The notes beneath the pieces were generated by a model that was given only the letters and a program-made list of their open reading frames with translations, was not told the DNA's origin and searched no databases. The position numbers and the translations under genes are program-made. Shown one piece after another: positions 12,701 through 24,710 of a stretch of 64,000 nucleotides of DNA. Origin of the DNA: Phaeosaccion multiseriatum (taxonomy: Eukaryota > Protista > Ochrophyta, other classes); assembly GCA_965112735.1 (NCBI GenBank), contig OZ218953.1:4650001-4714000 (forward strand). Reading direction: 5' to 3'. Numbering within the stretch: the first letter of the stretch is position 1; every line of letters starts with the position of its first letter.

Positions 12701-12763
<63 letters not shown>

Positions 12764-15423
12764 GTGTCTGTCTGTATGTCTCTGTGTCTGTCTGTTTGTG
12801 TGTCTGTGTGTGTGTCTGTCTGTCTGTGTGTCTGTCTGTCTGTCTGTCCTGTCTTGTGTCTGTCTGTCTGTGTGTCTGTCTGTCCGTCTGTCTGTGTGTC
12901 TGCCTATAATCACGTACATTGAGAACTCCCTGCTCTACCCTGCCGGTCACCACAGTCCCTCGTCCTGCGATGGAGAAAACGTCCTCCACAGGCATCAAGA
13001 AGGGCTTGTCCAATGCTGCACAAGGAGGGAAAGGAAAGGAAAGGGAAGGGGGGGGGGGGGGAGGAAAGAAGTATCACAGCAGTACAGGGCAGAACAGGAC
13101 AGACATGATCGAGGTGAGAGGGCTGGAGGGAGGGCTGAAGGGAAGGGAGGTGCAACTAAGAAGGAAGACAAAACACAGAGGGGAGAGAGGCGAGCCCCTC
13201 GTTTCCTCCTCCTCCCTCGCAGGGCCCCGCCAGAGGGTGACAAGAGACATCAGCGGGGGGGATGATGGAACGCTGGCCGCAAGCAATCACTCAGGATGGA
13301 AGGCAAGCGATTACTCACCGCGCTCGGGGATTGGGATGTGCTCATCCACAGCGTTCATGAGCTCCATAATCTGATGGATGGAACAGGCAAGGAAGCACGC
13401 CGGACCGGAGACCGGAGCAGCAGTAAGAGAGGTTATTCTACGTACCAACCAACTGACCGATAGACATATGCAGTACAGTGTGTACCTGCACCACACAGTA
13501 CCGCACCACCGCACCTTTTCTGAGCCAATTTCGGGCGTCTTTCCCTCCAGGGCTGCCAGCGCAGATCCTCTGATCATAGGGATGTTCTCTCCATCAAACT
13601 CGTAGAATGTCAGCAGCTCCCTAATCTCCATCTCCACCAGCTCGAGAAGCTCCTCGTCATCGACCATGTCCACCTTGTTCATAAACACAACGATGTGGGG
13701 GATGCCCACCTGCAAGGAGGAGGAGGAGAGGGAGGGGGAGGAGAAGGAGGAGGAGGAGGAGGAGGGGTAGGAGGAGGGGAGGGGTAAGACGGAGGAAAGG
13801 GCTTTCCGCCTGAGAGTGGTCCCTCTTCTCAGTCGCTCGCGCAGGTCTGGTCTTTGTTGTGCGGTGACATTCAGATGCAATTCAGATTGAGCCCGCACCT
13901 GTCTTGCCAGCAGAATGTGCTCCCTCGTTTGGGGCATTGGCCCATCTGTGGCGGACACAACGAGGATGGCCCCGTCCATCTGCGCCGCTCCGGTAATCAT
14001 GTTCTTGACGTAGTCTTGGTACAGAAGCGCGTACACACGCCCACAGAGAGAGAGAAGGAGGGAGGGCGAGAGAGAGGGGAGGGAGGGAAGAGAGGTTCCA
14101 GTAAGGTGTTCTGTTCTTTGTGCTTGCCCACCCCCCTACTCGATAGGACCATCGCCTGATCATGATCATAAAGATCGTTGCTGCACTGCAGACTCATATT
14201 CTCGCTCATCCGAAGGCGGAGTGCGCACTGACTGAGGCGCATGGCACAGCATACAAGCAGCAACTCTGATGTGATGTGATGCACGCCATGCGCTCTGCCC
14301 TCCAACCCCCTCCTCCGTGGTGCCCGTCATACCCTCCTCTCCGCGTGGATGGCGTTCCTCCACTTACCAGCGTGCCCTGCAAGGTGGAAAAGAGGTGGAA
14401 GAGTGGCGTCAGATGCCAACAACGAAGGAACACAAAAGAGGGCAGCCAGGGATGCGTCAGAGGAGAAACGCAACGGAATGACAGTGACAATGCGGCGAAC
14501 GTGGACGCCTCTTCTTCTATGGGTATTTCTCGATCCGGCTGCTCCTTCTCTTCCTCCGTCGCGCATAAGACGCCTTCCTCCCCGCTCTCTCTCTCTCTCT
14601 ATAGCTTGCCTGGGCAGTCCACGTGCGACACATGGTTCTTGTTTGTGGAGTACTCCACGTGTGCTGTGTTGATAGTGATCTTCCTCGCCTTCTCTTCTGG
14701 CGCCTGGAAGGTAGATAACGATGAAGGAGGGAGTGAGTCAGCAGGGGAGGCAGAAATGCGTCTGAAGGCCTTTGTGTAAGCTCCCTGATGCCCGCAAAGC
14801 CCGCTACTTCTGTCGTGTGCAAGAATCTCTTTAGGGGGCTGCCCGACTGACCTTGTCGATGTCCTCGTACGTTTGGCCGTCGGCAAGCCCATGGTCTGAG
14901 AGCACCTTCGTGATGGCCTGTGAGAGAAAGTGGGTCAGTGGGGGAAAAGGGCAGGGCATCAGGGCAATAAGCAGTGAGTCGAAGAGAGTTAAAGCACCGT
15001 AACGCCGGAACCAGTAGAGCCACACGACTACGAAAGAACCATTCTTCACACACGCCGATTCTACCAGCAGCAGATCACAGAGGTGGCTCACGAGGACATA
15101 GATGAGCACATAGATACTCCCCTCTCTTGACTCTCTCCACTCACCGCCGTCAAGGTGGTCTTCCCGTGATCGACGTGACCAATGGTGCCGATGTTGAGAT
15201 GGGGCTTCTCACGAGTGTACGTGGAGCTCGATCGAGCGGCAAGAGCTCTGCTGCACTGCAGCAATGACGAGGGGGCGGCTCGGCGTGCGGCGGAAGAGAG
15301 CGATGAAGAAGAGGGCAACAGCAAGTTCAGCGAAGAGAAACCGGCCCGCTGAACAGCGGTGGCCGCTGCTCCCGCAGGCCCTCTTCGCGCCCACAGGTTG
15401 GCAGATCGCAAGACGAGCGTCAT
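11164..15423 (-). CDS. TUFM: Mitochondrial translation elongation factor Tu, many exons
   Basis: [73 protein letters not shown]; N-terminal Arg/Ser/Ala-rich mitochondrial presequence. Confidence 0.97.
12330..12905. repeat. Compound (TCTG/TGTG) microsatellite of ~570 bp inside an EF-Tu intron
   Basis: Direct reading; the variant block gtcctgtcttgtgtctg recurs at ~12526, 12674 and 12846. Confidence 0.95.
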
Positions 15424-15637
15424 CTTCGAGATTGATCGATGAAGAGGGGGCGGCTGTGGGTAACCAAGCCGGATACGGGGTGTCAGGACAGAATGTAGAG
15501 GAGTATGGGAAAGGACGGATCTCTCTTCTTTGGTGGGGAAGGTGGGAGCAGAGACGAAGAAGGAGGTCTTGACAGGGGGGGCGACGGGAACGGACACGGA
15601 GAGCTGGAGGCGTTGGATATTTCTTATTAAGCTGCTT

Positions 15638-16027
15638 CCGAAAGCCAAGAAGCCAGCGCTTGCCTGCGGCCAGAAGCCCGAAGCCATCGGCTCCAGGCGA
15701 GGTTTCTCGGGCTCCCGATAAAGCAGAAGCCTGCAGCGGCCTGCGGCCGAAAGTAAGAAGCCTGCGGCTGGCCTGCGGCCAGAAGCCTGCAGAAAGTAGC
15801 GAGAAGCCTGCCAAGTCCCCCATTTTTCTCCCAGCCTGAGAAGCCTGAAGCCTGACCACTGGCCTGCGGCCAGAAGCCTGCGCTGGCCTGCGGCCAGAAG
15901 CCCGAAGCCTGGAGGGGGCTACGGCCCAGAAGCCTAAAGCCCGAGAAACCTCGCCTGGAGCCGAAAGCCAGGAGGGGGCTACGGCTTTGAAGCCAGGAGC
16001 CAGAGAAACCTCGCGCGGGGGCCGATT
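15638..16027. mobile_element. Nested MITE-like elements: inner copy 15687-15964 with perfect 27-bp TIRs, inside a truncated outer copy of the same family
   Basis: tcggctccaggcgaggtttctcgggct (15687-15713) is the reverse complement of 15938-15964; flanked by direct repeat AAGCCA; a second degenerate right terminus lies at ~15998-16025. Confidence 0.8.
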
Positions 16028-16155
16028 ACCTGATTGATTATGGCGCCAGCCGGCCTGATTATTGATTATGGCCGGCGTACACCGTAATCTTGTCCAGGGT
16101 CGAACCCTACATACTTCCGGACACTCTGCAGGCGCGGGCTATCTCCTGTCGATGC

Positions 16156-16362
16156 CCAGAAGGGTTAGAGGGGGGCGCGGCGGCGAATGCATCGGCGGCT
16201 CTCCCGGGTATCCAGAGCAAGGCATGGCTCCACTCTTGAACCATCGATACGAGTGAAGCCCTCCACTCTTGAACCATCGATACGAGTGAAGCCATGGCGT
16301 GTTGAGGATAGCCCGCAGAGCTTCCCAGACGTTCGCCGCCCCGCCCCCCTCGAACCCTTTGG
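16156..16362. repeat. Imperfect ~200-bp palindrome with a central 33-bp tandem duplication
   Basis: Left arm ccagaagggttagaggggggcgcggcggcgaa...catggctccactc pairs with right arm gagtgaagccatgg...ttcgccgccccgcccccctcgaaccctttgg; 16228-16260 is identical to 16261-16293. Confidence 0.85.
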
Positions 16363-16415
16363 TCCAAACAAACGCTATTGTGCGGAACAAGTCGACTGCC
16401 CATCTCGCCGAGCCT

Positions 16416-17087
16416 TCACCGGAGCAGAGTATCCAGCCCATCCAAATCGAGTGTGACGTAGGCCTTGTACGGCTCCGCCCCGTAGCCCCCGTTGCCGCCA
16501 CCAATGCCCATTAGCCGCGACGCCCACCCGGGCCCAATCGTGGAGTTGAGGCCGATAAACACCAAGGACAGGCCCAGCATAAAGTAGCTCACCCGGGTGA
16601 GTCCCAGCGCCTTTTCAAACTCTTCCCAAAAAGAAGACGCCATAGGTCCGTCTTCCTCGCTCCCATCCGTTGCGGTGAGCACTCCGTCTGTATCTCTGTC
16701 TCCCAAGCCTGTGATCCGAAACATCGGCCCTTCGTCTGCTCCCCCTCCTTTATCCCCCCCCGCTTCTCCTTTCCCAGCTCCCCGCGCCCCCCAAGCAGTG
16801 CTGAACGTTTGGTCGAAGTCTGACTCTTGCCCCTCGCCACTTGCACTGTCATCCTCTGCACCAAAGAGCCGAGCGCGGGCACTGCGTCTTCTCCCCCAAG
16901 CCTCAGCAGAAGGCACCCTTCTTCCTACAGCCCCAAACGCAGCAGCCACTTGTGCGGATGCAGGTCGAAGCTGCGACATTGCATAGGGACTCGGCCCCAC
17001 AAAGCCCCTTGCCCTCCCGACTCCCACCGCCAAGAGAGAGCAGACCAGCGGACTGCTGCCGCGCGCCCTCTTTCTCCCCCTCGCCAT
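16416..17087 (-). CDS. Putative plastid-targeted membrane protein of unknown function
   Basis: Single ORF; signal-like segment ending ARG-FV, transit-like region, acidic middle, one hydrophobic helix (YFMLGLSLVFIGLNSTIGPGW). Confidence 0.65.
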   Translation of the reverse strand: MARGRKRARGSSPLVCSLLAVGVGRARGFVGPSPYAMSQLRPASAQVAAAFGAVGRRVPSAEAWGRRRSARARLFGAEDDSASGEGQESDFDQTFSTAWGARGAGKGEAGGDKGGGADEGPMFRITGLGDRDTDGVLTATDGSEEDGPMASSFWEEFEKALGLTRVSYFMLGLSLVFIGLNSTIGPGWASRLMGIGGGNGGYGAEPYKAYVTLDLDGLDTLLR

Positions 17088-17450
17088 ATGCTTCCCCACT
17101 TCAACACTGCCCTAAAAAAGAGATGGATACACAAAGATACGCACAGAGAGAGGAGAGGGAGGTAAGAGAAATACCAGAGAGAGGGAGGAGAGGGAGAAGA
17201 GAAAAGGGGCAAAAACAAGGGAAGGGGTTTCCAGACTGGGATCCTTGGATGCTTTGGTTTTGAACTCTTTGCCACTTTTTCAACTTTCCCCTTCCTCAAA
17301 CTCTCTCTCTGCTCTTTGACCTGTTGCGGCCTCTGTTGGCAACCCCTTCTGCGGTAGTCCTGCGTTTGCGTCTGTTCTCTTTTGTGGAACGCCGTCAGCC
17401 CCATGTCTGAACGATGTAGGTCCTGGTGAGGCAAGGAGGTAGTCTCGACG

Positions 17451-20400
17451 ATGCAACACGAGGTGCTTGCTGCGTGTTTAGGGCACGCCGGCAGCATCAT
17501 CAAGGCTCACCGTACAAACTGTGGAGGCAGCAGCGGTAGCGACTGTGGGGGCAGGCCCGTGTTCATCGTAGACCGCACCATCGACTTTCTCTCGGCGCAA
17601 GAGAGGCAGGCCATCGACAAAATCGTCGTGCTGGGCGGTCATTACCTCCAACTGCAGAGCTTCGCAGAGCCGTACCGCCACAACGGTACTTCCCAGGTTG
17701 CAGCGCCAGCAGCGGCGAGGGCTTCGGGCGCCACAGACCATGGCAAAGCGGGGGGCATGTTTGGATATCTCCTGGCCTCAGCCGCGCAAGCCGGAGGTGC
17801 AGGTGCAGTAGCCGGAGAGTCTCTGCCTCAGCCGTCGAGTCGGCCTCTGCCTCCGTCCTCGGGCGGCAGCCTGTATCTCAGGGCCATGCGGGCGGGCGTG
17901 GAAGAAGTGCTGCTGCGCTACGTGTCCAAGCTGGTGCAGGTGGAGCAGGAGTGCATGGCGGACCCGTCCCTCCCCGTGTCTCACATACACCACAGAACGC
18001 GGGAGTATCAGCTCATCTTCCCGTATCTAGTGCAGGTATGAAAGGTCAACTACTCTGACTACTCTTTCGTGGTGTTGGCGCTGAAGTCCGCTGGCTGTCC
18101 ACCTCTTCCTTTGGACTCGGCTCTTCCGTTCGATCAAGGGCACCAGCGCGGCGACGGGGGCGTGAGGGGGAGGAGCTGTGGAGCCCTGCCGCACCTTGCG
18201 CGTGCTTTTGTTCTGTTCAGCTGTGAATGCACGCCTGTTTGTGCTTCCATTTGGTGCGGAGGGGGGGGGCGCTCCTTCTCTCCCGCTCTATCGGTGGCAG
18301 TTTCTATGCACTTTGTGTCGGCAACTTACAATTCGATTCTCTGCTGTCCGCTTCTCTGATTATCACGTAGGTCTGTGACGTGGCCCAGGAGCGGCGTTTG
18401 AAGGGCGGGGCGCTTCTGCAGCAGCTCTACAGGAGTTCCCGAGTGGGAACACCGGCTGTGCGCAGCACCCTCGAGCGCCTGCTGTGGCACTGCCAACAAG
18501 TTTGGTACAATCAGGTAATATACGGAAGGTGGACGACTCCATGGCCTCACAATGAGTGAACCAACCACCCTTCCCTCTGCGGGTGTGTAAGCATCTCACT
18601 CATGCGGCGTGTTCCCGTATATGTCTGCCTCCCACTCTTACGACCCACTCTTACACTACTTGTTCCTCTCACTCTGTGCCCCCAAGTCTCTAGCGTGGCT
18701 GCTGCACGGTGTGCTTGTGGACCCCCAGCTCGAGTACATGGTGCAATACAATCGCTCCAAGCAGCGCCGCTACGGCCACGCACACGTCGCCGCTCTCATC
18801 GCCGGCAAGGCGACGAACAGCAGCGCAGATGCCACCTATCCTCAGCTGCACCACCCGCAGCAGCATCAGCAGCAGCCGCAGCAGCACTCGCATATAGGAG
18901 GAACAGAAGGGGCCAGTGCGAACAGCGAGACGGCAGAACACGAATGGAACACCGACTACACGCTGAAGCAAAGCATGCGGCCCACTGACTACATTCCTGC
19001 CAAGCTCGCGTATCGAATACTCTTTGTGGGCAAGGCCGTTCGCGTGCTCTTGCGGGTGGGAGGGGCAGGCCATGGGGCAGAGGGGGGAGGAGGGGGGGGG
19101 CTGGCAGGCTTTGCGACGGGCTTTGGAGACACACACCACGCAAGAGAGCGCGGAAGGCGGCGGCGGAGGAGGAGGCCAGCAGGGTATGAGGACGACCGAA
19201 GCGGAAGAAGGACGCGCAGCCGTAGCAGCAGCAGTAGTAGTACCAGCAGCAGCAGCAGCAGCGGTGGTGAGGATGAGGAGGGGAGAGAGGAACGTGACTG
19301 CACCGGAGAAGATGAGGAGCAGCAGGAGCGAGAGGCGCTGGCGCTATTTGCCGAGCAGTGGGAGGGCCTGAAAAGAAGGCCCACTTTCCACTTGCTCTCC
19401 GTGGAGGAGGTGAGTCCGTGCCTTGCTTGAGCTGCACTTGGGCCCAATTATTGCTGTTTTCCCTCGGCTCCTCAAGTCGCTCTCGCTGTCTCTCCCTCTC
19501 CTTCTCTCTCTCAATTGGTGCGATGGGAGGTGCGGGTGGTGGAGGGGAAGGTTCTTTTCAATGCACTGATGTGATTGCCTCTGCAAGGGTCCGAGCAAGG
19601 GAGGGGCTCCGAGTCTGCATCTGTCCCTTTCAGAGTCAATCACCAGCCTCATGCCCCCCTCTCCGATGGTTGGCACCCCACCCCTTGGCACACACACATA
19701 CGCACACACACACATATATACATACGCACACGCACACACGCGCACATCCAGGCTGTGGAGAACATTGCTGATCTGGTGGCGAAGCACTTGTACCGGAGGG
19801 TGGTGGAGCAGGCCAGGCTGCCTCAGCACCTCGCCGCAATCAAGGTGAGAGCATTGATATCAACAAGACGAGGTGGACAGGCAGGCGAGGGAGTAGGAGC
19901 AATTGGTTACTGCCCCCTCCCCTCCTATGTTAAACCAATCAACCAATGAATAGATCGACCGTCTCTCTTAATCTCTCTTCAACTCTCCCTCCCTCCCTCC
20001 CCCCCCTTCCCAGGACTTCATGCTCCTCGGCCATGGTGACCTTTTCCACGCCCTCCTAACCGAGGGGCGAGGCATCATGGTGCATGCCAAGCCCACCGCC
20101 AAAGCTGCCGCTGACCTCAACGCGGGGCCTTATGCGATGGCTGCGAGGGCGTGTCAGCTGGATGAAGATGAGAGCTTTCTGAGGACCCGTCTCGTATTGG
20201 ATTTGCCCTACTTTAGTAAAGGGGACTTCAGGAGCGTGGCAGGCTTTCGAATGGCCGGGGATGCTCGACACTCCATGGTGAGGAGAAGGAGGGTGAGGGG
20301 AGGAGGGAGGGAGGAGTGAGTGGGACCCGTTACACCTGAACAGCTCTACCTTAAACTGAACATTGGCTTCCTTGCTCGCTCGTTTTTGTGTGCTCGCTCG

Positions 20401-23400
20401 AACAAAACAGGATCGGACCTTCGTGACGCTGTGTGGGCTTGACTGGCGGGATGCAGCGGCAGCACAGGCCACTGGAGGGGCGGCAGTCGCAGCGGCGGAC
20501 AATGACTCCTCGCAGGGAGGCCTCTGGTTCGGCAAGAGACGGCAGATGCACAAGGGGTTTCGTAGCTCCTTTTCCTTCCGCTCTACGCCCCTCCAACAGC
20601 GGAAAGACAGGAGCTCCCCCCCCTTCCCCACCTCCACCTCCTCCTCCTCCTCCTCCTCCTCCTCCTCCCCCTCTCCTGCCCCTGGCTCTGCCTCTGCCCC
20701 GGCTTTCATTCCGTCCGGCGTGTCCCTTGTGCTGCAGAGCCACACCTCTCTCCTACTCGGCCAGGAGGGCGCGGCGGGGCTGGGGTCGTGGGGAATCGTC
20801 AATAGCTTGGCCATCTGTCTGGACTTGTCAGGTCAGGGCCCCCCGGGGTGGAAGAGGAAGAGGGAGAGGTGCGGCGGTAGTACCCAGGATGGCGGTACCC
20901 AGGGGGGCGGTACTCAGGGGGGCGGAGATGACGATGGGGATGGGCATGCCCAAGGAAGCGGAGCAGGAGCAAGACAGCAGACGGCAAGGCAGGAGGGACA
21001 AAGACAGGATGCTGCACCCAATCCCAAGCCGCTTCTCTACGTGACGCTCAGCCCGGCGAGGGGTAGCACAGGCACAGGGCGGAGTAAGTCGAGGCAGCGG
21101 GGGCAAGGTCAAGGCCAAGGCGATCGGGGTAGCAGCGGGACTGTTGGTCTTGGCAGTGGGGGAGGAGGAGGGGGCGGAGGGGGAGCTCGTACCCACGTGC
21201 TGCATGGTGGGCGCTCGAGTGGACGGTTACAGAGCGTGGGGAGGGGTGAGCCTACTCGGGTCCTCGCGTCTTGCCCTCTTGAGCCGCCACCGCTGGCCGA
21301 GCAGGCGAATGGGAGAGGAGGAGGACGGAGAAGCAGGGCAGAAGAAGGGCAGGAGTACTCTGTCGTTGTGGAGTACACTCGCCTCACCAAGGCGCAGGCC
21401 CAGGAGCAGCTCGAGAGGCAGCAGGCGGAAGAGAGGATGAGGCAAGGGGGAGGAGGGGGGGAAGGGCTCTCCATCACCATTCGAGACGTCGACTCAGAGC
21501 GGGAGGCGCCTTCAGAGTCGTCAGCGTCATTGAGAGGAGGAGGAAGAGGGCGACAGGCAGGGGGAGGCAGAGGGAAGGGGGGAAGAGGAGGAGGAGGAGG
21601 AGGAGGAGGAGGAGGGGGAGGAGGGGTGGTGGAGGGCATGCTACGCGTGTATGTCAATGACAAAGACAAGAAGACGGCCCCTGCCCTTGAGGTGCCTCTG
21701 TTGCTGCACACTGTCATCGGGCTGCAGGGAGAGGCGGCTTACGTGGGCATCACCGCTGCTGGGGGGGGGGCTAGCAGTCTTCAGCTCACAGAGTGGGGCT
21801 TTTGGAGCTCCAATGAGGTGGGTACACGTATAGGTATATGGGTATGTATGTATATATGGCGTGACGCCTCTCTACCTTCTGGACATGTCGACCCCTCTAC
21901 CTTCTATATCGACCCCTCGATGCTCTCTACATTACCCCTCGGTGCTGTGTACATTACCCCTCAATGCTGTGTACCGACCTTGCCTGAGCCTCTCTACCCT
22001 CTATATCGACCCTTCGATGCTTTTTGTCGACATCCGACATCCCCTGACCCCTTCTTGTCGCCTTCCTTGCCTTCCCCCATTCCTTCCCCATGCCAATACA
22101 TGGTCATGGTCCTAACGCGATGTGGTGTGACAACATGTATACCCGTATACCCAGATCGGCGCCACGGGGGAGGACGGTGAGTGAAAGAGTGGAGAGAAGG
22201 GTCAGGGGTGTCAGGACACAGAGGGAGGTGTGGGGATAGAGTGAGGGATGCACAGGCTTTCGTTTGTACTCTTCTTCTCGCGCCCCTCTACCACTCATTC
22301 ACAGCCCTTCCTGCGCACAATTTTGGTTTCGCTCTTTAACCTCCGGCGTCCCTCCCCTCCCTTGCCTTGCCCCGCCCTTGCCTGTCCCCCCCCCCCTCTC
22401 TCTTGTCGTTGTGTTGGTGCTCCGAACAGTCGCCGACTCCACTCCGAGCCAAGGCTGGGACGCTCTCCAGTTGCACTACCGAGTAGAGTGGCCGTTACAT
22501 TTGGTCCTTTCGCAGGAACATCTGGTGCAGTATAACAGGGTCTTCTCGCTCATGTTCGCAGTCAAGAGAGCCAGCTTCGAGGTATGGATGGATGGATGGC
22601 AATGGATGGATGGGTATGTTGGCACGCAGGAGTTGAGTGAGTAGTGAGTACGCGAAGGAAGGGAAGAGAGGGAACGGGAGCCCCCCCCCCCCTGCTCCTT
22701 GCCCCTCTTCCATCATAGAGACACGCTACACCCTCTGTGCTCTCCCTCTCTCTCTCCCCCATACGCGCCAAATCGTACCATCCCCTTTCCTTCAGATCGA
22801 TCGTCTGTGGCCCTTGCTCATGCAAGGGAGGTATCGGAGACTCTCCCATCAGGACAACGCTTGGCTCATGTACGTATCCATGCATACTCATGTCCATTGA
22901 TACGCGCCCCTCCCTCCCTCCCTCCCCTCTCTCCATATGCGAGACACGTGCTACCACCCCACCCCCCTTTGGCCGGCTTGCATTCCTCCCCCTCTCCATG
23001 GGCGAGACCCCTCCTTCCCACCCATCCCATTGGACCGGCTTGCAGCCCCTGTCCCCTCTCCATATCACCCCCTTTACCCGTTATGGTACCGTAGACTGCC
23101 ATCTCCCCGTTTGATTTTATTTTCCACCACCTACGTTCTCCCCTCTTATATGGCCAGGCCCTTGTGGACAGTGCGATCAAGCATGTCCTTCTTCGTCAAG
23201 AACATCCTGTACTACTTGCAGGTGAGACGGGGTCGTTAAACGTCTCTCTCTCTCTCTTCCTCTCCCTCTCCCTCTCGCTCTCCCTCTTCCCCCCCCCCCT
23301 CTCTCCATCTCTTCCTCTCTGTTCTTTCTCTCCATCTCTCCTCCCCGATCTTTTCTGTCGCTCTCCGTCCCTGTCTCTCTCCCTCCTCCACCTCACTCAC

Positions 23401-24270
23401 TCATTCACTCCCTCAACCAGCCCACTCACTCACTCACCCGCTCACCCTCTCCTCTGCAGCTGGACGCGGTAGAGGCTCAGTACGCACGCCTGCAAGCAGA
23501 TCTCGCTGCAGCGACGGACTACGACACGGCGGAGCTTGTGCACAAGTCTTTTGTGCTCGCCCTGCAACACAAGTGCTTCTTGGATGTTGTTACTGTAAGC
23601 CAGGCCATTCCCAAGGTGAGTGGAGGGGAGAGAGGAGCGGAGGGGAGAGGAGAGGAGCGTCTGTATCTGTATGTGGCTGTGTATGTTTCTGCACGACGAC
23701 ATGACTCACTCACCCACTCACCCACCAACCCACTCACCCATCCACCCACTGACTTACTACCCCCAGGTGTTGCAATGGGTGCACGCCTTTTGTGCGCTTG
23801 CCAACGCATACACAGACGCCTCCCTCATCCCTCACGCACACGTGTGCGCCATACAAACCAATTTCGCCGAGGAGGTGGACTGTTTGCTGGCCATTGTCAG
23901 CAAGGCCGGGGCGGAGGAGCTGACTCTCCGACTCGACTTTAATTCCTTCTTTAGCAGCAGGAGGGACCCGGCGGGTGGAGGAGGAGGAGGAGGAGGAGGA
24001 GGAGGAGGAGGAGGAGGAGGAGGAGGAGGAGGAGGAGGAGGAGGGGGAGGAGGAGGAGGAGGAGGAGGAGGAGGAGGAGGAGGAGGAGGAGGAGGAGGAG
24101 GAGGAGGAGGAGGAGGAGGAGGAGGAGGAGGAGGCGGAGGGGGAGGAGGAGGAGGAGGAGGAGGAGGAGGAGGAGGAGGAGGAGGAGGAGGAAGAAGAGC
24201 AGCAGAAGCGGAAGGAGCAGGAGTAGGAGGAGCCGGTGTAGGGAGGGGCGGGGGGCGAGGCCAATATTGA
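17451..24270 (+). CDS. GCP4: Gamma-tubulin complex component 4 with inserted lectin-like domain, ~11 exons
   Basis: MQHEVLAACLGHAGSI start; SLYLRAM; YIPAKLAYRILFVGKAVRVL; HLAAIK|DFMLLGHGDLF; GWDALQLHYRVEWPLHLV; FFVKNILYYLQ|LDAVEAQY; LTLRLDFNSFF. These are GRIP1/GRIP2 motifs typical of GCP4. Confidence 0.92.
23975..24192. repeat. (GGA)n microsatellite in the last GCP4 exon (poly-Gly)
   Basis: Direct reading, about 70 units. Confidence 0.95.
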
Positions 24271-24647
24271 GGGGTTAAGGGCCCAGAGGCTGTGACGGAG
24301 GGAACGCCCCTGTTCGCCCTCAAAAGGAAGAAAATTTGGAATGCATATTTGTCATCTTGATGTTGATAAATTACGCACACCGACACCCCCTGATTGTTTC
24401 TCTCCTTTTACGATTTATGCTAGAGGTTGTTGTTGTTAGCCTCCCACCGCCCCACCACATGCACTCCTCCCCTACTTATATTGACATACAATCATCCACT
24501 GTACTGTTGCTGTTACTGCTCGCATAAATACAAAATGGGGCCCTTCCGCCCTCGCACCCTTCCGCCCTTCCGCCCTTCCGCCCCTCCCTCGCCCCCCTCG
24601 CCCCGCCCTACCCCTCCTGCCTGCTGCCTGCCGGAGAGAGGGTGAAC

Positions 24648-24710
24648 CCATGGCCCACCTGCCCACCCACATGGCCCACCTGCCCACCCACATGGCCCAC
24701 CTGCCCACCC
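24648..24710. repeat. 21-bp tandem repeat x3 (catggcccacctgcccaccca)
   Basis: Direct reading; lies between two convergent genes. Confidence 0.9.

Noticed and set aside
12299-13265. Long Cys/Val/Ser or RQTD-repeat ORFs (also poly-Val/Thr/Tyr ORFs at 41.2-42 kb and poly-His/Met ORFs at 45.2-45.7 kb)
   Set aside because: Translation artefacts of intronic microsatellites.
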